Source of the DNA: a virus
Lineage: Duplodnaviria > Caudoviricetes
Reading direction: 5' to 3' (one strand)
DNA length: 64,000 nt
Virus record (IMG/VR): IMGVR_UViG_3300021387_000087
Positions 9,582 to 21,715 of this stretch are shown here, piece by piece. The notes under the pieces were generated by a model. It ran no database searches, was not told the DNA's origin, and saw only the letters and a program-made list of their open reading frames with translations. Within the stretch, counting starts at the first letter, position 1. Every line of letters starts with the position of its first letter. The position numbers and the translations under genes were made by a program.

Positions 9582-10937
9582 TTAACTCCATTTAATTTTA
9601 ACATTATTTTTCTTGCATGCTTCCAACACTTTAGACCATTCATACTTTTTAAAAGTAGTAAGTACTCTAATAACGCCAGCATTATCACCCCAAGCACCCT
9701 TTCCAATTTCTTTTGCAAGAACATCAAGACTAACTTTCTTTCTGCGATTAACTTCATCAACGGCACCCTGACCCATTTGTCGATAATCTCCAAGCGCTTT
9801 AGCACGAGCGTCACCAGACCCAAAATATCCATTGATAATCGCGGCTGCAAAAGCATATTTCAAAGCCGTCTTATCTTTATTTAAAATATTAACTCGGTTC
9901 TGAATCGCTTTAGCATTATTGGCACCAAACAAAGCGGTAAGAGTATTACTGCGCTGAGGGTCTTTACCATAAGCACCAGCAAACACCTTGCATGCGTATG
10001 CCGTAGTTTGGATCAAATTAAGCTGCTTATTAATAGCCTTATACTTAATCCACTTAATCTTAGTAAGACTCTTTTCTGCATAAATAGAAGCATAACCTTC
10101 ATCATAAATATCACATGTAATATTTCCATACAAATAATTTCCAAGCACTCGGCAACCAGCTGTATTAAATCTATTAATAACCATTGTGCGCCCAGAACTT
10201 TTATAACTGCTATGATAATCCAACAGACCATACTTAGCGCCCATAGCTTTACAAAACGCTAAACTGCTTGCATCCTGATCTCCATGCCACTGTACATGTA
10301 CAAAATCAGGCTTTAGCGGATTCTTTCCATATCGTTCAATAAACTGATTATTCGCTTCTTTTGCGTTATCACCACCACCATAATAAGTCCATGTGCGACC
10401 ATGAATATCTGTCAGAGTAAACAACGTACCAAGAGATGTATTATTTACATAATGATGCGAATCTACTTCTTTCAGCTTCTTATAATTAGACCTAAAAATT
10501 ACATTGCATTTAATATTGCCAACTTTGAAACCATCACCTTCTGTAATATAATGAACATTCTCTTCACCACATTCTGTGATACACTGCTTGCGAATTTTAT
10601 CTATATAATTCGCACGACCTTTAAGAGAAGAGTGATACAAAAATGGCTCTTTAGATGGAAGATAAAAAGATTTTACTTTAAACGCCTTTGTATATCTTGT
10701 TGTATCCCCCATATGGTCTTCATGTGGATGTGTAAATACAACAGCATCAACTTCTCCAGATTTAATAATAGATTGATACGCTTTTAGTGCATCACAATCC
10801 GCACTACCAGTATCAATAATTACACAATGTGCAACATTACCTTTATCATCATATTCAATAATTGCAGTACTACTTCCCGACTCTTCAGAATGATACTTAA
10901 AAAGTGACGGTTGAAAAATACAAAATCTCTTACTCAT
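9582..10937 (-). CDS. Metallo-beta-lactamase-fold hydrolase (ComEC/Pce-like) with C-terminal CW_7-like repeats
   Basis: IIDTG, THPHEDHMG, NNTS, GGD and QWHG motifs; three repeats of the type G-x-(Y/F/W)-G...R...L at the C-terminus. Confidence 0.75.
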   Translation of the reverse strand: MSKRFCIFQPSLFKYHSEESGSSTAIIEYDDKGNVAHCVIIDTGSADCDALKAYQSIIKSGEVDAVVFTHPHEDHMGDTTRYTKAFKVKSFYLPSKEPFLYHSSLKGRANYIDKIRKQCITECGEENVHYITEGDGFKVGNIKCNVIFRSNYKKLKEVDSHHYVNNTSLGTLFTLTDIHGRTWTYYGGGDNAKEANNQFIERYGKNPLKPDFVHVQWHGDQDASSLAFCKAMGAKYGLLDYHSSYKSSGRTMVINRFNTAGCRVLGNYLYGNITCDIYDEGYASIYAEKSLTKIKWIKYKAINKQLNLIQTTAYACKVFAGAYGKDPQRSNTLTALFGANNAKAIQNRVNILNKDKTALKYAFAAAIINGYFGSGDARAKALGDYRQMGQGAVDEVNRRKKVSLDVLAKEIGKGAWGDNAGVIRVLTTFKKYEWSKVLEACKKNNVKIKWS

Positions 10938-11430
10938 TTCTTAACTCCTTCGCTTTACGTTTGCTATACTCTAACTGTAAATACATTCTTACAGTATCAA
11001 TTGATCCCATCTTATTAGTGAGTTTATTTTCGATCCATGGATGCAATGGCTGTACTAAATCTTTAGATTCCCAAAAACCTATAATTGGCTTCTTTAAAAG
11101 CCACGCAAACATAATCTCCTGACATGTACCGACAGACTGCGCAGCCTTATTAAGATTCACAATAAAATAATCACAATTAATTATCCCGTATAAATCATAT
11201 ACATGTCCCAACTCTTGCGTCTCTTTATCTTCATCTTCTGCATCAAAAACAGTAGGATCGATAATGTAATATGTTCCTTCAAAATGGTCGATAAAATATT
11301 TACGCCAATTTTTCTGTTCTAATTCAGATAATCCAGTCATGGCGCCAGATAAGAATATTACTGGCATTGACCATCGACAATGAGAAGAAGATAAACTATA
11401 ATCCTCTACCAGTTCATCCAATCTATTCAT
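10930..11430 (-). CDS. Nucleoside 2-deoxyribosyltransferase-like protein
   Basis: IFLSGAM, DLYGIINCD, SVGTCQEI, KPII motifs. Confidence 0.75.
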   Translation of the reverse strand: MNRLDELVEDYSLSSSHCRWSMPVIFLSGAMTGLSELEQKNWRKYFIDHFEGTYYIIDPTVFDAEDEDKETQELGHVYDLYGIINCDYFIVNLNKAAQSVGTCQEIMFAWLLKKPIIGFWESKDLVQPLHPWIENKLTNKMGSIDTVRMYLQLEYSKRKAKELRNE

Positions 11431-12125
11431 TCGTCACCTCGTGTTATATCTTCCATAATAACTATAGCGACTACTGTCATAATCAAACCTCCACATATAA
11501 ATCCAATTAAGAAAGTCATTCTTTATTCTCCCCCGACACATATTCTTCAGTCTCAGCTTCTTGTAATTCAGCCAGATACATATCAATAGCAGTAATTAAC
11601 TGTTTCCGTGTTACATCTCCCTCAATGATATGCCCACGAAGAAAACATAAGATCTCTTCGACATGCCATTGAGGAACATAAACATTCCTATTCGCTTTCT
11701 CCATTTATCCTATCTCCAATCTCTGCAACCATCTTATACATACTTCCAGTCAGTTGTAGCAATACATTTAAAGCTTGAATCGTTTTATATTCGGACGTAT
11801 TCCAAGCGTTCGCTGTTGCTTTCTGAATCTGATCATACGCATAATCCATATCTTTCTCATACTGTGAAATGTAACTCATTGTCTACATCCTCTCCGAAAT
11901 ACCCGTTCCAATAAGCAATTGCGTCTTTCAGCCTATTAAATTTAAAAGACTCCATCTCTTTATAATCGTCTTCAAGACACTCTCCGATAACAATCTGATA
12001 CCAAGCATCATCCTTTGACAAATCAAAGCAGAAAGATAACGTTGCCTCAAAATATCGATTATCTCTTTTATATCGATACCAACATAAGTTCCGCTCTTCA
12101 TCACAATATTTAAAATCTTCAAATT

Positions 12126-12500
12126 TCAACATAATCCATTCCTTTCTGCCTCGGCTTCTGCACGCATATCATACGCAATTTTTAATGCCTGTTCTGGAGT
12201 GTCCGCATATATGACAAAAAATCCGGGGTATTCCATTACAGAATGATCATATCTATCATAAATACCGATAACATCAATTTGTACATCAGGTTTATTTTCA
12301 AAAGTAAAATCAACAGTGTAACGTATCTTTTTTGTTTGAAATTGCTTAGTATCATATGGTTTATAAGTAGCACTGTTTTCATACATAGTCGCATGCCGAT
12401 TTATAGTATCACATAATAACTGTGCTTCTTCCTCGGTCTCAACAACAGCTACGACACCCCTATCACTATAACGCCCTTCTTCAATTACATATACTATCAT
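12126..12500 (-). CDS. Hypothetical protein
   Basis: MIVYVIEEGRYSDRGVVAV start, common in phage small genes. Confidence 0.6.
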   Translation of the reverse strand: MIVYVIEEGRYSDRGVVAVVETEEEAQLLCDTINRHATMYENSATYKPYDTKQFQTKKIRYTVDFTFENKPDVQIDVIGIYDRYDHSVMEYPGFFVIYADTPEQALKIAYDMRAEAEAERNGLC

Positions 12501-13115
12501 ATTTAATTACCTCTTGTCAAACCATAAAACATAAGGATATGCCTCGTATGCTGGATCATCAATAGACATATCTTCACGCCATATACTTATAGGCACTATA
12601 TCTTCTCCATTATGAAATGCCCCATATCCAGTTGTTTTATTATATCTATTTGGATTACTCTTAACCATAGTTACAAAAATATGAGTACAAATAACTCGTG
12701 CAGCAGGATTTTCTGCTTCAATACGTTTGATAGATTTCATAAACGCCTCATTTAATTAAAAAAATCTAAAATGGTTTTACTACCGTCTAAATGCCAAAAA
12801 CGTATAACCATTCCATCCTCCCAATGGCTACTTGGTGAAACTGCAATCGAAGATGTGATTATACCATCTAAAAAAATATTATCACGTTCATCCATTACCA
12901 CACCATGTAATACATTTTTAACAATCAAACAATCTCCATCAGTATAAACTATATTTTTAGTCCACTCATTAGTAGTATTATTTACATTATTTGTACTCCC
13001 CCAAACATCAAAAGTGCAACAATTACTTTCTCTATGAATGTGCACATTTTCATATTGAGTTTGAAGATTATTTATAGTTTGCCTTATTTCTTCATTTGTC
13101 ATATAAACTCCTACC

Positions 13116-13733
13116 TCATTTTTTCATAACTTCTGCATAAGCCCTTCTGACTTCCTCATCAGATACAGGGGACATACCTGTGAAATCATATCCACGTCCG
13201 CATGTGAAGTCGTCTGTACTAAGAGCACAACCTGCACAACACCAATGTCTCTTACAAAATTTATTTAAATACTGACGCATAACTTCTTCAACGCTGATTG
13301 GCTTCTCTTCTTCTTTCTGCGTCTGCTCTTCTTTTTCTTTCTGCGCTTGTTCGTATGCACGAATCTCTTCGATGACTTCAGAAGCGGTAAATCTCATGAA
13401 AAAATCCATTCTCATAATTCCTTCACCGAAAATTTCCCTGAGAGTGGTTAGGTCGTACTCCCAAATCTTCCTTGCTGCCTCCCATGCTAAACCAAGTCCC
13501 TGCTGAAAACCTTCATGATATCCGAAGCCATATGCTTCTTCATCTTGTGGCACACATGATTCTCTCAGATCTTTTTGCCCCTTTTCATATGCCTCCTTCC
13601 TGACCTGTTCAAGGTCAGGTTCAGTGTAGGGCTTACCCAATGCAATCGTCACATATGGGTCTCCATTTTTAATCGCCGCCTTGTAAAGCGTCTCCCTATC
13701 TTTTAATTCGACTATATACTTTCCCATACTCAC
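13116..13733 (-). CDS. Hypothetical protein
   Basis: ORF with GGAG RBS; AWEAARKI motif and Cys-rich C-terminus. Confidence 0.6.
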   Translation of the reverse strand: MSMGKYIVELKDRETLYKAAIKNGDPYVTIALGKPYTEPDLEQVRKEAYEKGQKDLRESCVPQDEEAYGFGYHEGFQQGLGLAWEAARKIWEYDLTTLREIFGEGIMRMDFFMRFTASEVIEEIRAYEQAQKEKEEQTQKEEEKPISVEEVMRQYLNKFCKRHWCCAGCALSTDDFTCGRGYDFTGMSPVSDEEVRRAYAEVMKK

Positions 13734-14307
13734 TCCTCTCTTAAAATTTTATAAGCCATAAAAGGGATACCCCATATCGGACATGTGCCAATTAGTATAA
13801 TTTGAATCAATACTAAAATCGGCAACGAACCTATACAAAAACAAAAATCAAAAAGTGGAATATCAATACCATTGTTTATACAATCCCACCGATTTTTATA
13901 CCATGCTTTAAAACTATCCATGCTTCTCACTCCTAACGTTCAGTGCAACGATAATACACATAAAAAGCCAACCGATAAAGAATCCCACTACTAGTCCAAC
14001 GAATAATCCAGCTATAAAAAATGCAACAATAGGTGTCATACTCTCACTCCTTTAAATTTAAAATTACCATATACACGATTGTAATAATTGTTGCGAGAAT
14101 AAAAGATATAACCACATCAAAAATAACAGCCCCAAGGATATAATTTACAAGCGTCCACATCCCATTTACTCCTCTCCATCCTCTTCATCAAAGTCTGATT
14201 CTTCATCTAATTCTTCATCCATTGCTTCAAGCAGGTCTCCAATACCCTCATCAAGATCATAAACATTCAGCCGCTTGTAAATCATTGTGTCTTCTCGTGT
14301 TCTCATA

Positions 14308-14679
14308 TTACTCCTCTCTATGGATCATCCTTGCACCACAGTTAGGGCAGAAGTTATTCGGTATTATGTCCCCTTCCCTGTCTGTATTGCAGAAGTACGT
14401 GCCACACCTGTTGCACCTCCTATGATGCCCATCATGTATCCATTCCCCATGTACAACAGGAACAACATTTACGGCAGCAATATCTTCCAAATCACTTGCA
14501 ATACTGTGGGCTACTTGATCTCTTCCATATTCATAATCATCCAAACAAAAACTATCTATTTTAACTTCGTAAGATTCCGCAATATTTACCGCATCCTCTC
14601 TACGGATATATTCATCACTCATATTTTTACTCCTAAACAGATAAAAGCAATTACTATACTTATGGACAAAAAATACCAA
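14308..14679 (-). CDS. Small zinc-finger protein, DEYIRREDA family
   Basis: MSDEYIRREDA...VVHGEW...CNRCG...CPNCGARM; true start probably the internal MSDEY. Confidence 0.7.
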   Translation of the reverse strand: MVFFVHKYSNCFYLFRSKNMSDEYIRREDAVNIAESYEVKIDSFCLDDYEYGRDQVAHSIASDLEDIAAVNVVPVVHGEWIHDGHHRRCNRCGTYFCNTDREGDIIPNNFCPNCGARMIHREE

Positions 14680-14733
14680 TTGTTAAAATAACACATATTA
14701 ATTTGAACGCCCATGAATCTAACATAATTGTTT

Positions 14734-15021
14734 TTACTCCTTATACATCTTTGCTCCACAGTTGGGACAGAAATACCTTCCAGTGTCATATCCGTATTGT
14801 ATTTCCTTACAAGCAGAACATTCCTGCCCACTTCCTGTGTCTCTCCAATATGCATGTACAACAGGAGCAACATCGGCAGGTGGCAGTCTAACTAACATTT
14901 GAAATTGCCACGGGAAACCCTGTACCTGTCCTTGTTCTGCTAATCGTATCGCATCCCCTCTGTGAATATATTCATCAGCCATACTCACTCCTTTTAATCT
15001 TATAAACAAGCAAACGACCAA
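14734..15021 (-). CDS. Small zinc-finger protein, DEYIRREDA family
   Basis: MADEYIHRGDA...ADVAPVVHAYW...CSAC...CPNCGAKM. Confidence 0.7.
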   Translation of the reverse strand: MVVCLFIRLKGVSMADEYIHRGDAIRLAEQGQVQGFPWQFQMLVRLPPADVAPVVHAYWRDTGSGQECSACKEIQYGYDTGRYFCPNCGAKMYKE

Positions 15022-15074
15022 AATGCAAATGCGAATAGTATTCCGATAACCAAAATCACATCTCCCATTTTTAG

Positions 15075-15359
15075 TTACCCCTCTCTGCTTTCTGCCAAAC
15101 TACAAAAGTCTCTATCGGGATCATAAAAAGTCTGGTCTAAATCGCATATTTCAATCGGCATCGAGTCCATACATCTATGCGCCCTGAAATATTTGCAATT
15201 TCTACAGTGTATCACATGTGCTACATCGGCAGGTTCAAGAGCTTTGATTCTGCTTGCCGACCTTGCTTGCCCAGCTCTGAACGAATGCGTTCTATTTTCT
15301 GTAGAATCCTGTGTTGCCGCATCTATCGCATCATCTCTACGGATATATTCGTCAGTCAT
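15075..15359 (-). CDS. Small Cys-rich protein, DEYIRREDA family
   Basis: MTDEYIRRDDA...ADVAHVIHCRNCKYF...DFCSLAE. Confidence 0.7.
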   Translation of the reverse strand: MTDEYIRRDDAIDAATQDSTENRTHSFRAGQARSASRIKALEPADVAHVIHCRNCKYFRAHRCMDSMPIEICDLDQTFYDPDRDFCSLAESREG

Positions 15360-15361
15360 GC

Positions 15362-15550
15362 TTACTCCTTATACATCCTTGCTCCGCAACACGGACAAAC
15401 TCTTTCTTCATAATCAACAATTTGTCCACATCGATTACATTTGTAAGAATAGTCATTATACCTTTTATCATCATCGGTATATTTTCCACGTATCCATTTT
15501 CCTTCGCTATATCCGTATGTATCAACTACACAATCATCACCCATTATCAT
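15362..15550 (-). CDS. Small zinc-finger protein
   Basis: GKW...CNRCG...CPCCGARMYKE. Confidence 0.6.
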   Translation of the reverse strand: MIMGDDCVVDTYGYSEGKWIRGKYTDDDKRYNDYSYKCNRCGQIVDYEERVCPCCGARMYKE

Positions 15551-15764
15551 CCTCCGCTTCTGGTGGCTGATTCATGATCCACCCCTCTCTTGCATAAACT
15601 CGCTTACCGCATTTGGGACAGTATTCACGCTGGTTATTCTTTAAATCACTTTGAAACCTTGTGGATACAGGGTTGTACCAAGGTGTCTCGTCTCCGCAGT
15701 ATGGACAAACCGTATAGCCGAATCCATAACGAAAAACGTCTTTCCATCTGGCATAGTTGCTCAT
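15537..15764 (-). CDS. Small zinc-finger protein
   Basis: CPYCG...CPKCG. Confidence 0.6.
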   Translation of the reverse strand: MSNYARWKDVFRYGFGYTVCPYCGDETPWYNPVSTRFQSDLKNNQREYCPKCGKRVYAREGWIMNQPPEAEDDNG

Positions 15765-16853
15765 GCTTCATCCTCCTCTTCATCCTCAATCTCAATCTTC
15801 TCAATCACCAACGGTAAAAGCAGTGGACAAGTAAACCCTATCAGGACAGCGAGGAATATATCGGATATATCTCCTTTTACTTCCAGTTTCATGATTCTTT
15901 CTCCGCTTCAGCATCCTAACCTGACAAATATCTGTTCTTTTTTGTGCGGTTCTTTACGTTTGCCATAGTCGATATTCCACTTTGTCACAGGGACACTGTA
16001 ATTGTCTTGCCCGAAACTTTTCAGACTGATTTCCAATTCTGCACCTGTTAGACTTAGTTTTTTGCACCAGTCATAAAATTCCTGTACTGTCATGCTTCAT
16101 CCTCCGCATCATCTTCTGGCATTTTTCGGCAATTCCAACAATAGACCATTTTATAGTCCTCGCCATAATGCTCGTATATAAATCGTTTTATGCGCTTCTT
16201 GTTCGGTTCACCATTTTTTCCAAGCACGAATACATCACCATAACTTCCGATGTATTCAACTACTAACTGACCACCGCAATGAGGACAACGATTAGTATTC
16301 TCACTCATTCTTTGTCCTCCTGATATGGTCGGTAAATATCAGTTCTATCCTGTCCGCACCAGAGTTTTCTCCCATCTTCTGTCTCGATGGTAACTACGCC
16401 ATCGTTGAACCTATATCCTGCTACAATTTTCCCCTTTTCCCATTTGCCATTAAAATACATTTCTGCTGGCTGTCCAACAACAAGCGGAAACGGCTTTTCT
16501 TGAGTCTCACGCTCCTGATTTTCCAGTGCTTTGATAGCCATGTTGCGTGCTTGCATAAATTTATCAAAAATCCTTTTGTTTTCACGAGGGGGGTTAATTA
16601 CACGTAAAATGTCGATTGCTTCTCTGTTCGTCATTGTACCACTTGTCATTGTGTCACCTCCCTGATTTTGAAAACACGACCGCTGTGATGTATCTCAGTT
16701 TCTTTTCCTTTTATTCCTGCCGCCTTTACCTCTTCCCAGAACTGGTCGTATCTTTCTCTAAATTCCAGTGCGGAGATAGCCATACGGAACATTTCCTTTG
16801 TCTCTGATTCCGGCATCACGTATATACGGTTTTTAAACCATTCAATTACTTCT

Positions 16854-17120
16854 TTAATCTCCATTCTTACTCCAATCAATTTTCTGCCCACACCACGGAC
16901 AATAATCGTGTATTCTTTGCAAATCCCCACCACAATAACCACAAGGAATAATAACACCATCATGTATATCCATTTCTGGTTGCATAGGCTTCATTGGAGT
17001 TTGTTTCTCCAAAGCCTCATCTATAATTTCAATGGCTTCTTCAATTTCTTCTGTAGATGGTCTTAAATTATGCCATGCAAGACATCCTACTATATCTAAT
17101 GCTTCATTTGGTTTCATCAC
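16854..17120 (-). CDS. Small zinc-finger protein
   Basis: ALEKQTPMKP...CGYCG...CPWCGQKIDWS. Confidence 0.65.
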   Translation of the reverse strand: MMKPNEALDIVGCLAWHNLRPSTEEIEEAIEIIDEALEKQTPMKPMQPEMDIHDGVIIPCGYCGGDLQRIHDYCPWCGQKIDWSKNGD

Positions 17121-18226
17121 ATTTACCCCTTATTTAATAACTATCTCTTACTCTATATTTCCACGTAACCCGTATAGTACCATATCTTTCAATATAATCG
17201 TCTTCTGTAACTATCTTTAAATAAACAGTGCGCCATGTCACGCCATGTTTAAAATCATTATGTTCTTTCTGAATACGAGCGACAATTTTCTCAGCAATCG
17301 CCATAGCTAGTTCTTTATCAGTTGTATCAATATAGAAATCAAATATGTCTGTAAAATGATAATGTTCATAATCTACACGAATGCCATCCACCATTAACAC
17401 CAAGCCTGTCGGAACTATAATGTCAGGTGGAATATAAAATTGAATATCATTTACTTTAGTATCATGTTGCATATACATTTCCCTCATTTTCATCTATATC
17501 ACCATAATAAATTGGTTTCCAACAAACTACATCATAGTCACTTGAGTCCCAGCAACCTACAACATCATCATAAAAATCTACAATAATAGGATATTCATAA
17601 TGCCTCTCATCACATCTTTTAACAATATAGTCCCCAGACTCTGGTGGATCATCATAATGCCATTTACTTGCTTCAAGCATTTTAATTATATTTTCTTGTG
17701 TAGTAATCACATCTCTTAAATCCAATCCCATATCTCCGGGCTGATATGTAGAAAACACTTTCTTAACCACATCTATCATTATATCATTATTCATTTAATT
17801 TTCAACTCCTATTTTACAAATAGCCAGCCCAAAATACATATTACAGCAGCAATAATTTCAACTATATGTCCTAAAGCAATTCCTGAAAGAAAATACGGAT
17901 GTTCAGTAAAAAGTTGCTCATCTGTTTTTGATTTTTCCCATTTCTTAATTATTGGAACAATTATAAAATTTAAGCAAAGTTCATATATAATAATATATAT
18001 TGCAATTATTTTCATTGTTGCCATTTTTATCTCCTTTGATAACGTCCAACTGATCCATCTTCAAATTCAATCATTATATATTCAGGATATTTACGTTCCT
18101 TATAATATTTATGCCCTATAATTTTTTTAGGAAGGATATGCGCCGCTTCACATTTTTCTGCAATAAGGCGATCTCTATATACAATCCCACAGATTTCGCA
18201 TTGATATTGATTAAGTTCTTTCATAT

Positions 18227-18940
18227 TTACCACCTTATAATAACCCACGGCTGATTGTACTGATTTCCTGTCTGCACATCATAGCCCAATTCTTTAAGTT
18301 TTTTTATCTGAAGAGCGGTCAATGATCCTTCAAAAGAATATTCAAATTTCCCCTGTTTTGCGCATTCTTCCATCCGTTCTACCATTTCTCCGATATGAGA
18401 ATCAATAAATTTTTCTGCTATTTCTCGCATCATGGCAGCTGTTTTAAAACTCATATTTTCACCTCACCAACCAATCTTTGTATAAATTTTATCACTTATT
18501 CGTTTTGTATGTATTGTGTATCGTTTATTCCATAATATGTGTTTAGTTAAATCGTCTAATTCACCTTGAAACGCATAATAAAAAGCGCCCTGTTTAGCGC
18601 ATTCTATTATATTTTGAGCGAGTTCATCATCAATATCGCATGATCCAACATATTTTGCCGCCATCTCATGCATCTTCTCCGCAGACTCTAAAATCATTAC
18701 AATACCTCACCATTCAATCATAACCCAATGAACATCACCCCGACCTTGTGTTACTACATATCCCAATTCTCGTAGTTCTTTTATGGTTTCATCGTCCACA
18801 TTCGCAGTTTGATAATAGTACCGTCCTTTTAAAGCGCATTCTCTTATATTTGCCAAAATAGTTAAAGTACCATACATAATAGACATTACATCTGCCACGA
18901 CATGTGCTTTATCTGCTGTCATCTGTTTAACTTCCGTCAT
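18227..18940 (-). repeat. Three tandem paralogous ~76-aa genes (18227-18454, 18464-18697, 18707-18940), terminal-Trp family
   Basis: Shared (T/S)A..M/A, ECA.xG, L.ELGY.V and I.W-stop pattern. Confidence 0.75.
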
Positions 18941-19296
18941 CTCTCAAACTCCATTTTTAATTCAAATCTATTTGACTTTAGTATCATATCCCAATTATCT
19001 TCAACAACTGGCTTAATTACATGTACCTGCTCTGGTGTTAAATGACGATGACTATAATCCCAATGAAATAAGAATCCATGTTCTAAGAACGTGACGCTTT
19101 GAATTTCAACCCATCCCATTTCAAGAAGCTTTCGTTCGGTATCTGGTTCCCAAGGTTCCCATAAACCATACATTAATTTCCATAAATCATCAGCAAGTGC
19201 CAGATGCTCCATATAATCACATGGGTACCAATCACCGTTCGGCGCAAGCCATCCTGTATCTAATTTATTAAAAACTTGTTTATTCAACGTGTACAT
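18937..19296 (-). CDS. Hypothetical protein
   Basis: GWLAPNGDWYPC...H motif seen in phage proteins. Confidence 0.65.
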   Translation of the reverse strand: MYTLNKQVFNKLDTGWLAPNGDWYPCDYMEHLALADDLWKLMYGLWEPWEPDTERKLLEMGWVEIQSVTFLEHGFLFHWDYSHRHLTPEQVHVIKPVVEDNWDMILKSNRFELKMEFER

Positions 19297-19783
19297 TCTT
19301 TTCTATATTCTCCTTAACCCATTGATCACTTTCTTCTTGTTTCGCTGCTAAATCTCGCTGTAACATTTTAATCAGATCAGCTTGAGTTTCTGTCCGCTCC
19401 ATTTCTTCTTCCTGTTCTTTGTAGCGTTTAATAAATTTTCTATATTTGCAATAATCAATATATGTTTTAAATGAAATACTGCGATATTTATAATTCACAC
19501 TAAATTCATTTAACCCAAAATTTTCTGGCATTACAGTATATAGGGGATAGAATTCTTCAAATGTCAATTCAGGATAGTCCCAATCCTTTATTTGACATTC
19601 CCAATCATGTATAGAATTATTGAGCGCAATCGTTTTAATTATTATTAGAGCAAATAAGCCCAACAAAAGAAGCCATAACCACCACAATTTAATTCCACAA
19701 CAAAAAAGAATAAAAAAAGCAAAAGCGAATTCTAAAAGATATAATATACAAAAAATTATTTTTCGTCTCATATTAACTCCCAT
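19280..19783 (-). CDS. Membrane protein, paralog of 21943-22386
   Basis: Two TM segments; MPENF, FKTYIDY, QADLIKMLQRDL. Confidence 0.65.
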   Translation of the reverse strand: MGVNMRRKIIFCILYLLEFAFAFFILFCCGIKLWWLWLLLLGLFALIIIKTIALNNSIHDWECQIKDWDYPELTFEEFYPLYTVMPENFGLNEFSVNYKYRSISFKTYIDYCKYRKFIKRYKEQEEEMERTETQADLIKMLQRDLAAKQEESDQWVKENIEKNVHVE

Positions 19784-20242
19784 TTAACAATGAATATACT
19801 GTCTAGCTTCTGGATACCACGTACAATTATAATAATAATTAATAGCTTCTTCTTTTGTCATAAAAAAATGGATGCCGGGTGCACATTCATGCCAACGATT
19901 CTCATCAAAATTTGGAACAGACACTTCCTTGCCTATATGATATTTGAAAAAATGATCATAGAATGACATAGCATGTTCTCTTTTTTGACCACCATCTTCT
20001 ATAAATAATGTAATATCTAATACTTTTGCTTTATCACATCTACATTTTCTGCCACAGGCACTACTACGTTTGGCGTCCGCTGGTATTTCAAGTGTAATAA
20101 TACAGGGGGTAAGTTTGTGACAATAATCATGACCTACTTTATAACCAATAAACGATCCTTTTTTAGGACAAACCATTGGGAGTATTGATATCTTATCTCC
20201 CTTACCCACACTTATTATCTTATTAAAAATATATTCTGCCAT
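19784..20242 (-). CDS. DUF5758-like domain protein
   Basis: LEIPADAKRSSACGRKCRCDKAKV...ECAPGIHFF. Confidence 0.75.
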   Translation of the reverse strand: MAEYIFNKIISVGKGDKISILPMVCPKKGSFIGYKVGHDYCHKLTPCIITLEIPADAKRSSACGRKCRCDKAKVLDITLFIEDGGQKREHAMSFYDHFFKYHIGKEVSVPNFDENRWHECAPGIHFFMTKEEAINYYYNCTWYPEARQYIHC

Positions 20243-21082
20243 TTAATTTACCTCATCTATTTCTCGCTCAGGAAGCGCCAACAACTGTGAAATTGGCATG
20301 TTACGATATGACTTTTTTATGCTATCTCCTTCGAAACAATAATTACAATCCCATTTTATAAGGCAATATCTGCAAGGAAATCCCCCATCAGATTTATATT
20401 TATTATGAGCATATTCACACAAAAAACAGCAATCTCGTATATTCTCGTCAGGAAAATGTTCTCGGCACCATTTTCGTTTATATAGCTCTCTTTCAAAACT
20501 ATTGGGAGTGTCACCTAGTTCCTGTTGCATATCAGTCCACATTTGTCTGTGTAGTTTTAACGCTTGCTCTCTTGTCAATTCCATTATTTTTCACTCCAAT
20601 CTAATTTCTGTCCGCATTTTGGGCAATGTTCAAATTTATATATCATATATGTCTGACAATTGGGACACAATGGGTCATTACTATGCCAAGACGGATCATA
20701 AGGACGAGCCGCCTCTAATTTCCTTAATTCATCAAAGCTATAAGCGTATCCGTGAACTGTTTTATTTTTTTCAGACTGCACAACTTCAAAATAGAAGGGC
20801 GCTTCATCACGATCAAGTTCTAAATAAATACGATGATTATCTCCCAATTGAATATTAATATATTTGTCTTCAATAAATTCAGCCGCCTGTTCTGATGTTA
20901 ATTTAATTTTCATTTTTAATCCTCTGGTGTCGTAGCCGCTATTAATACTCCTACAAACTGTATACAAAAACCAATTATTATTGGAAAGCAAGAAACAAAT
21001 ATAGTTCCCGTCAAAATAATATTGCCTACAGTCCACGCAAATATAAGAATAGCTATTATCATTTCTATATATATACGTTTCA

Positions 21083-21715
21083 TTATATCAACTCACTTTC
21101 ATAATAATTAATCGCTTCTTGACGCTCCATGAAAAAATGAATACCACCACTGCACACAAAACGTCTGTCATTATCATAATGATCACAGCATACCCATTGT
21201 CCCTTTATATATATAAATGTTTTATCATAATATGAAACTACAACTGTTTCTTTTGCGGGCGTCCCGTCTATATGCAGAATATCTAATACCTGAGCACCTT
21301 CACACCTACATTTACGAGAGCCAAAACCAGATGTACGCTTAACCCCATCTGGAATACGAAGCTTGACCAAACGTGGTGTACTATAAACTTGACCATGACA
21401 CACTTTCCATCCAATAATATCGCCCTCGGCAGGACATGTCATAGGTACATATGGAATATGTGTATCAAAATCACAGTCAAACAGATTCGCTTTAAAAGTG
21501 CCATTGAATTCACAATTTATAAAAGTACATCCATTAAATATAGATAAAGTACTTTCTGTGAAAGTGCATTGTTCAAAACGGCAATATATAAACACATTTG
21601 ATACTGCATGTATTTTACTGAAATCTACTTCTTTAAAAATACAATCAGTATATGTTACCGAAAAAGTAAATGTAGTCATGGTAACACCGCAAAAAGTCTT
21701 ATCTCTAATTTCCAT
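21083..21715 (-). CDS. Pentapeptide-repeat + DUF5758-like protein
   Basis: N-terminal F-x-x-C-x-F repeats; RKCRCEGAQV...CSGGIHFF. Confidence 0.75.
   Translation of the reverse strand: MEIRDKTFCGVTMTTFTFSVTYTDCIFKEVDFSKIHAVSNVFIYCRFEQCTFTESTLSIFNGCTFINCEFNGTFKANLFDCDFDTHIPYVPMTCPAEGDIIGWKVCHGQVYSTPRLVKLRIPDGVKRTSGFGSRKCRCEGAQVLDILHIDGTPAKETVVVSYYDKTFIYIKGQWVCCDHYDNDRRFVCSGGIHFFMERQEAINYYESELI

Noticed and set aside
13712-13730. Self-target of CRISPR spacer 4
   Set aside because: Only a short gapped match (ATACTTTCCCAT), expected by chance in AT-rich DNA.
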